A program made the position numbers and the translations under genes. 64,000 bases of DNA, from assembly GCF_009914755.1 (NCBI RefSeq), contig NC_060933.1; one strand, written 5' to 3'. The notes beneath the pieces are model-generated. The model ran no database searches and was not told the origin of the DNA. It saw only the letters and a list, made by a program, of their open reading frames with translations. Shown in pieces: positions 55,720 to 64,000 of this stretch; positions within the stretch are counted from its first letter, which is position 1, and every line of letters starts with the position of its first letter. The stretch is from the human T2T-CHM13v2.0 reference genome, Homo sapiens.

Positions 55720-57095
55720 ATAAGAAAAATGAAAGTTAACATGTACATGATTCTAAAGAGTTAAAGAAAACAAATATTAATACATCGGGAAAGAATTTGC
55801 TATAGAACAAAAGGAAATCTTTAAGCATATTCATACACCTTTGTTAGGAAGTTAGAAAACACAGCATTCAATGAAAGAGTAGCAAAAAGATGAGATAAAA
55901 CTGGATTACAAGGAAACTCAAAATTTAATAACAGAATTAAAGAGTTTATTTGAAGCAAAAAAGAGTACATCAGGCAAAAATGAAATCAATCATTCAGAGG
56001 GCAAAATAGAAACAATTCTTCCATATCACTTTAGAGTGCTTGTGTTGTTTTGGTGCACAAAACTGTGACTGCACAAAATAAGGCAGAAATGTTATCAGTG
56101 ATGATGAAATCATTCATGGGTTTTTTCTCTTTTTATACTGTGTTTTATTTTGTAAATATTTTGAAAACAGCCAGTGCTATTCAAATAATCAAAATAAATA
56201 CACATTATAAAAAGTATGATAGCAGTGCAAACTCAGAGAGATCAATTGTCAGAACAAAACACATGGAACAGATTTTAGTACAGCTGTAAGAAAAAATTGC
56301 AAGCTAATTAAAAACTGCATAGATTTTTTAATGTTCAGAAGAAAATTAAGTTAAATTATTATCTTACCTTATACATGTAACTATATAGTAAATGAATCAA
56401 CTAATTAAATGGACATAAGCCATAAAAAGCTAGAAGAAAACATATTATACTATTTGATTAATCACTCAAGATAGAATTCTAAAGCATACAGTAAAAAAGA
56501 TGGCATCAAGCAAAAGGAAAAAATATATATAAATATATATTACATATATTTTAATAAAATAATATACCGTTAAAACATTGCTAAATATAGAAAATCAGAA
56601 ATCATGATAAAGAATCAACAAATATTCAATCACATTTAAAATTAAAGAAAATAATATTAACATGAAATATTAGTATTCATGTATGAAATTGGCAAAAATT
56701 TAAAAATCATTTTTCAGAAATTGGGCATAAGGCTTCCTGTGGAAATGGAAAACCATCTAGATGGTGAAACCATCTAGAAAAATAAATTGGTGAAATGTAT
56801 AAACAGCATTAAAAATTTCTATCATTTTGAACCAGTAATCCAACATTAAATTTTTTATACTTAAAAGATATTCAGAGGTACCCACAAAAATTTATATTTT
56901 AAATGTTTATACAACATTATTTATGATGGTAAAAAGTAAAGATAATATAAATGTCCAAGTATAAGAAAATAACTACCTGTTAGTATAGTCATATGTTGGA
57001 ATCAGGTAATAATTAGAACTTAATTTTTCAAAGAATATTAGGTATAAAATTTTTATTAGGTGATATTACATGACAAAATAGCAATATAGAAACAG
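55720..57095 (+). mobile_element. Highly degraded L1M fragments
   Basis: ORF1-like coiled-coil region text and 3'-end motifs (ttttgaaccagtaatcc, ataaatgtccaag). Confidence 0.45.
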
Positions 57096-57099
57096 TATA

Positions 57100-57446
57100 C
57101 AGATGGTCCTCCACTTACAATGAGTTTATATCTCCATTGTAAGTTGAATATACAGTTAGGTTGAAAATGCACTTAATACACTTGCCCTACAAAACATTAT
57201 AAGCTCAGCCTCGCCTACGTTAAAAGTGCTTGAATACTTCCATCAGCAAAATCATCTAACACAAAGCCTGTTTTATGATTAAGTATTAAATATCTTATGT
57301 AATGTATTGAATAATGTACTGAAAGTGAAAAACAAAATGGTTGTACTGGTCCTCAAAGTACAGTTTCTACTGAATGTGTATCACTTTCTCATCACTGTAA
57401 AGGTAAAAAATTGTAAGTCAAACCATCTTAAGTTGGGGACCATCTG
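57100..57446 (+). mobile_element. MER47A MITE (Tigger5 derivative)
   Basis: Terminal inverted repeats cagatggtcctccactta / taagttggggaccatctg, TA at left, internal sequence matches MER47A. Confidence 0.92.
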
Positions 57447-57455
57447 TGTAAAATA

Positions 57456-58063
57456 CAGTAGTTCTTGCTTATCTGTTGTTTTACTTTTTGTGGTTTCAGT
57501 TACCCGTAGTCAACCATGGTCTGAAAATATTAAAGGAAAATTCCAAAATAAACAATTCACAATTTTAGATTGTGGATCATTCTGAGTAGCCTAATGAAAT
57601 CTCATGCTGTCCCTCTCCATCCCACCCAGGACATGAATCATCCTTCTGTTCAGCATATTCATGCTGTATACACTGCCTGCACTTTGGTCACTAAGTAGCC
57701 ATCTTGGATACAAGATCATGGGTCATGGTATCACATTGCTTGTCTTCAAGTAACTCTTATTTTACTTAATAATGGCCCTGAAGCAAAAGAGTAGTGATTA
57801 TGACAATTCAGATATGCCAAAGAGAAGTTGTAAAGGGCTGCCTTTAAGTAAAAAGGTTGAAAGTTCTTCACTTAGTAAGCAAAGAAAACAAAATCATTTG
57901 CTGAGGTTTCTAAGATCTAAAGTAAGAATGAACTTTCTATAAAATTGTGAAAAAGAAAGAAATATGTTCTAGTTTTGCTGTCACACCTCAAAATGCAAAA
58001 GTTACAGCCACAGTGTATAATAAGTGTTTAGTTAAGATGGATAAGGCATTTAACTTGTGAGTA
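57456..58063 (+). mobile_element. MER44 (Tigger7 derivative), right end missing
   Basis: ta-cagtag...ggtttcagttacccgtagtcaaccatggtctgaaaatattaaa; stops at the LTR insertion. Confidence 0.88.
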
Positions 58064-58387
58064 TGAGAGAGCCAGGTACGAGTGGGTGCCCGAAAAAACT
58101 CCAGCCGGCCTGTGCACTGAGGGCAGCCTTGGGCAGCTCCTACCCTTTGCAGCGGGGAGGAGCCTGGCTCCTCCTCTTCCTGTGTGGAACCTGGGATTCA
58201 AGCCGCCAGGCAAAGTGCCCTAGCAGGGACTCTGGCTTAGTGAGAGTCTCTGTTTCCCCCTTTTCTTTCTTTCCACCCAATAAAACCGGGTCTTACTCAT
58301 CATTCAAATTGTCTGCGAGCCTGAATTTTTGTGGCCGTGGGACAAAGAACCCCGTCTTTAACGGAACTAAGGAAAAGCCCTGCAACA
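58064..58387 (+). mobile_element. 5' LTR, MER61-like (ERV1)
   Basis: tgagagagccagg ... AATAAA ... gaactaaggaaaagccctgcaaca; TG...CA termini. Confidence 0.85.
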
Positions 58388-58914
58388 ATTTTGGCGCGCA
58401 ACGTGGGGACTTGAGAAGCGGTGAGTGAAATGGAGACTCAAAACTCTCTCACTGTGGTTTCTAAACCTTTTCATCCTGGGACTTCTGAGGGTGGGGGAAA
58501 CCATGCGCCTACCCCCTGTCACTCCAAAGCCTTTTCCTGGCCTTTTCCTTCCTTTTTCAAGTCAGATCTGCGAGCAACGGCTCCCCTCTACCCCCCCATC
58601 CTTACCATGGCTGGGACTTATGGCCCAAGGGTCCCACACAGCTGGCTGGCTGGCGTTTTCCACCACATCTCTGGAGACTTCCCCTTCCCCAGCCAACGGG
58701 TTTTACTCCATCAGACAGTAATTAAGCTTTTCTCCTGGTAAAGAAAACAGTTGTGTAAGAATAAGAAGTTCTTCTCTAGGCATTTTTAAACCTTTTTTTT
58801 TCCCTGTTCTCTACCCCGTCAGCAGTTAAGCTTGTTTTTTCCTTTTAGAAGCCATTTTACTAGGCCAGGCTCCGCAACTATCACTGTTTGTACTCTCTGC
58901 AAAGTTTTGGTTGT
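58388..58914 (+). mobile_element. ERV leader (MER61-int-like), 3'-truncated
   Basis: PBS tggcgcgcaacgtgggga at 58392-58409, splice donor GCG|GTGAGT at 58421, leader sequence, no second LTR seen. Confidence 0.8.
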
Positions 58915-58983
58915 CCTAGTATGGGGTAATACATAGTAAAATTATAATATTTTGGTCTGAGACAGTATTTGAAAGCCGAGGGT

Positions 58984-59313
<330 letters not shown>

Positions 59314-59579
59314 TCAGGACCTTGTAATAGACAACTCAAGGGAAAGAGTGAGGCATTCTGCTTCCTTATAAGCCTCAAGAATGATGTCCTTCTAACATTC
59401 ACAGTTCCACAGTTCTGTGGGTCTGCCTCTCCATCATCAGACTGTTTTAAATGTTTGCTTCTTCTCGTTGCACATCCTCTTCCCACATCTGAATTAAACT
59501 ATTCTTAGTGCCTCTTCTCCTTTCCCTTTCGCTTTGGAGAGACAATACCTTTTTTCTTCCTTGCAGCACTTTAACATCT

Positions 59580-60050
59580 TCTTCTAGGGTCATACCCTGT
59601 TCTTCAACTCCTTTCCCACTCTAACCCCATGAGTGTGGCCAATGACAGCACCCCATCTCCTGATCCATAGAGGCAGACACAGGTCTGAGATCTGAGCATT
59701 CATGGGACTACCGCCCTTGCTTTTTTGAGGGGTTCAAATGCCAACAAATCAATCAAAACACTTCACTGAATTTTTTCTGATTGAAGTGAATGCAGGAGAA
59801 TTTCCCCACCCACCATTTCTGGGTGAGTTTGAAAATATATAAGCAATGATTCTATACTCCTGAGCTTATTCCATCTGAGAGAACACAGAGGAAGCACAGA
59901 CTGCTGACAGCTTTTGGAGGCTGGAACTATTTATACCAGGGTTATCTATCTCATCTTTTTCTACAGATTATTTCCTTAGATCAGTTTTTTGTTGTTGTTG
60001 TTTTACTTAAACTAGTTTAAATTTTCAAATGAAAACTGGCCAGTATAACA
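59580..60050 (+). mobile_element. Old MaLR/ERVL LTR (MLT1K/L-like)
   Basis: Diverged LTR-like layout ending ttttacttaaactagttta...aactggccagtata. Confidence 0.35.
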
Positions 60051-60479
60051 CACAACCTCATCACGCTTAATTCTACAAGTTATGTATGTTAACTACGACT
60101 ATTCTATTTAGACATAGGGAAGTTTGAAACTCACCCCCCTAGCCCATGCTGGCAATTTTTCCAATATAAATAAACATCTCTGCTCTCTCTCTTTAGCCTA
60201 GAGAATTTTCATAACCAGAAAGAAATGTTCTTTTGGCTATAAAGTGTCTATAGGTTATAATGGCAAGAACAGTATAAATAATAAGACAACGTATATTTAT
60301 TTTCAACAGTAGTAATCAGAAGATTTAATATACATTTCTAACACTTTGAAGGATAAATTATAATAAAATGGCTAGGGATAATATAGATGACGCATATAAA
60401 TCTAGTGAATAAACTGCATTAAATATTATACATTGCAAAAAGATTTGCAAAGCAACTTCTTTTCTAGTGCCCATGGATG

Positions 60480-61880
60480 ACTTATAAAAATTGATTGTGT
60501 ATCAGAGAAGAGAGAAATCCTCAGTAATTACTCCAAAGCAGGTTTTAAATACTGAGGTTTATGCAATAAATAACTTTATTTATGAAATATAAAAATATTC
60601 AATCATTTGTATTTTTTGAATCACTATCCTATATAACTCTTTGTTCTAAAAGAAATCAAAAGGGCAATTCTTCGCATTAGGATAAGGGTAATAGTACACA
60701 ACAAAATCTGTGGTTCTAATAAAAGCAAAAATCTATGAAAAAGTACACCATTAAATACATTAATATTAGCAAAAAAGAAATTATCTAGATGTTCAATTAA
60801 AATTATTTTTAAGTAGAACAAAGTATTATTGGAGATAACATAAGGATGATGAATTGGAAAAGAGAAAATTCATATAGTTATTTGCTCCCATTCATATACC
60901 TAACAATAGGCAGGGCCAAAACAGCTTCAAACACCATACTTTGGAATGCTTCATTATACCTCATCTAGTACAATCAGCAAAAGAAAGGGTACGTGTATAC
61001 AAAGACAGTCGTGGAAAAGTCAAATGAAGAAAAATATTTGTTGATTTAAAAAGAATAGGCTGTCCCTTACAACATATAAAGAATTAAATTCCAGATAATT
61101 TTTTGCACTATATAATTATATACAATTATATATGATTACTTATACAATTATGAATATAATCTATAATTATAGAAAACATATATAATTTAGAAAATAATAT
61201 TTGCATACATTAAGGTGAGTGAAAATTTCTTATGGAGGGAATAAAATCCAAAAGTCTTAAATGAAAAAAAGGAATATTGTATAAAAATAAATATTCTTCC
61301 ATGGCAAAAGACATTGAACATGAGAATTGTTAAGAAAAATGGAGCTGATATAATGGGGAAATTTTTTGACATGTATGTAGACAAAGGGTTAACAGTTCTA
61401 TACACCAACTGTAAATTCATTGTAAAAGAAGCAAATTCAAGAAGTATAATTGGGAAAAGAAAATAGAAAACAAATTCATGTGAGTGGAAATGTAAATAAT
61501 GGAAATGGACAATAAGTAATGAAAAAATATGTTCAGGCTTGCTGATAATCAGAAGAATGCAAATTATAAAATGAGAATTTGTTTTTTATTCATCAAACTG
61601 GCAAAATTAAAATGTATGGTAATATTAAGATTTAATATTGGATATAAGGAAATGGACAGTCTCAGACATTACCATAGTGTGAATGAAGCATCTGGCAAAG
61701 CATACAGAAATGAAGACAATTAAGTGAGAATATGTACATGCAACGATATTGTTCACAGCAATACTCATGGTAGCAAAAGCTGGAAATTCCCACAAACAGA
61801 ATGTTAGATATATAACTAGACATATAAGTCATAATATTGAGGAATGGCAAAAAGACAGCAATCACATACACACATATATA
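60480..61880 (+). mobile_element. Degraded L1ME-type fragments
   Basis: gacaaagggttaac and aatgcaaattataaaatgagaat L1 ORF2/3' motifs. Confidence 0.55.
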
Positions 61881-62164
61881 ACCTAAAATATATGATTTTA
61901 TTGGACAACTTTATGGTAATATAATGGAGAAAATCTTCCCAAAGGGTGACTTTCTTGGAAAATGCAAATAATCATTTCAGAAATATACACCTGAGCAGAT
62001 GAATTAATGAGAAAGTAAAATTTAAAAAGACATTATCAAATAATTACTTTTATAAGAACGTCTAAGTTCAGAGACTTGCATGAATGGATTTGTCATATCT
62101 TCAGGGAATGGTTACTTCCCATGGGATTTAAACTGTTCCAGGAATTAATAAACAATGTAAATAT

Positions 62165-63022
62165 TTCAATTTTTTAATGATATATACACACATTCAGAAG
62201 AGTACATGTATCCTAAATGATAAATATTAAGTGAGTGCCTCTGTAACCATTAGGCAAGTCACAAGATGGAATGTTTTCTGCACTCCTGATGCTCTCCAGG
62301 TGTGTCTTCCCCTCATGGTCTTTTCACTCTCCCAAGGCCATAACCAGTATGGTAACTTTTGAAAGTAACTTTCTTCTATTTGTTTATGGTTTTAACTTAT
62401 AGGAGCATCATCAAATGATATAGCTTAGTTTTTCATCTTTTTAAACTTTATATAAATGTATGTATTCTGACTGAATTCTCTTATTCCACATTTTGTTTGT
62501 AAAATTTATTTGCATTGTTGTTATTACATGCGGCCCTAGCACATTCACTTTTGTCAATTACTCCATTGTATAAAGGACATTGTATGGAAAGTCTAAAAGT
62601 AAGCCATCCAGTTTATTGTGGATTTTTTTAACTTTTTTTTCTGTTTTTAATCTATTTGAAATAATGTTGTTATGAACATCTTTGTACATGTTTCCTGGCA
62701 TATGGGCATATATTTCTTCAGGGTATACTCTCAGATCTGAAATTGATAAGTTATGAGATATGCCTGTCATTAAACTTACTAGAGAATGTTATATTGCTTT
62801 CCAAAGTTGTATTCCAATTTGCCTATTATGTAGTAGGGTATGGAAATTTCTGTTGCTCTACAAATTCATCAACAACTAGTATTGACAGACATTTTTTATT
62901 GTTTGGCAATATGGTGGTTGTGATTTTAAATTTGACTTACTATTGGGGTTCAGTATTTTTACCTACGTTTATTAATCATTTGGATTTCCTCTTTTGTTAA
63001 ATCCCCATTCAATTATTTGGCC
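62165..63022 (-). mobile_element. L1MC/ME-type 3' region
   Basis: atgaacatctttgtacatgtttcctggc and atattgctttccaaagttgtattccaattt are antisense L1 3' motifs. Confidence 0.75.
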
Positions 63023-63027
63023 CAGGA

Positions 63028-64000
63028 AGGAGCCAAGATGGCTCTCCCAATGAGATACTAGACCATCAAAAAAACTGGAACACTCCAGGCATATCTTCAG
63101 AAGGAAAGCATTGAGAACAAACAGAGGGAGGATATAGATCCTAGGCTGAAGAGTAAGGCGGCTGGGAAACCTGCACAGGGCTACTGTGTACCAGGACTCA
63201 TTCCTGGACCCCAGTGGTTCCTGGGGAAGAGGTGAGTTAAATGAGTAAGGAGTGAGCATATTATATTATACTGCCAAAGATCTCCAGAATCCTAGTGCAG
63301 GAGACCTCACAGCCCCTACAGACACAAGCTGAAAGGGAAAGCAGTTTGGAGAGGTGGCAGGGACAGGACTTTAGCCTGTGTAAAGCCCACAGGGTATGGC
63401 ATGGGAATGGCTGCAGTGGAGTATGAACTGGGACAGCCATCCCTAAAGGCTCGCCACACTCTTCTAGGTGGTTTTGGCCTTTGTTGATTGTTGGACCTGG
63501 ACAGAGTTGGGCTGTCTTGCCTGTGAGATGAAGCCAGTCTGATCTGAACTCCCTTCTGTTTTCCAGGCTCTCATGGGGTCCCTGCCTGGCCACACCCACT
63601 TGTAGCCTCAGGTGCCTAACAAGTTGCTTCCTAGCAGCCAACACCAAGGCTACTTCACTGGCAGACTGCACATGACCATCAGAGAACTCCATCACAAGGG
63701 ACCCTGCCAATGCACAACCACCCACCTGTAGCCTCCCCCCACCATTTTGTTGTCATGCACTCATCTGCAGCCCTTGTGCACTGCATTGCTGTCATGTGTG
63801 CAAGTAGAACACACTACCCCTCCACCACCAGCACACAAGCACAGCCCACCACCTCCATTGACGCACGTGTACTCCACTGCACTACCACCCCGTCTCCCTT
63901 TGGAACCACATGCCCACTGACACATGTGCACCCTGCCATGCCACTGCCACTGCTGGCATGTGCATATGAGCTCAGACCCTCTGCCACTCCCCCAGTGAAG
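63028..64000 (+). mobile_element. L1 5' UTR (older L1PA13-16/L1P4-like), continues beyond window
   Basis: Begins ggagccaagatggc (YY1 motif at L1 start); GC-richer UTR with degenerate tandem repeats after ~63700. Confidence 0.75.

Noticed and set aside
63261-63725. 154-aa antisense ORF in an L1 5' UTR (ORF0-like?)
   Set aside because: No resemblance to ORF0 that I can see; GC-rich UTR gives chance ORFs.

Overview
Primate (human-like) AT-rich, non-coding genomic DNA dominated by nested, decayed transposable elements: L1 of several ages, Alu (FLAM, J, S, Y), ERV/MaLR LTRs, Tigger and hAT DNA transposons, L2 and MIR. I found no intact protein-coding gene. Every recognisable ORF in the track is a broken piece of L1 ORF1/ORF2, Tigger1 transposase, THE1-int, Alu or LTR sequence. 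The largest structure is a formerly full-length L1MA-type element (~9.06-19.61 kb) carrying four later insertions plus an out-of-order L1 fragment. A full-length Tigger1 sits at 21.3-24.0 kb. The least repeat-like stretch (~42.5-55.7 kb) has three short minus-strand segments with strong splice sites at both ends (47406-47510, 46044-46156, 43734-43823). These may be exons of a spliced lncRNA or micro-ORF transcript and are the best lead here. I cannot support a novel multi-gene system. Repeat subfamily names come from my recollection of consensus sequences, not a database search, and boundaries of old elements are approximate.
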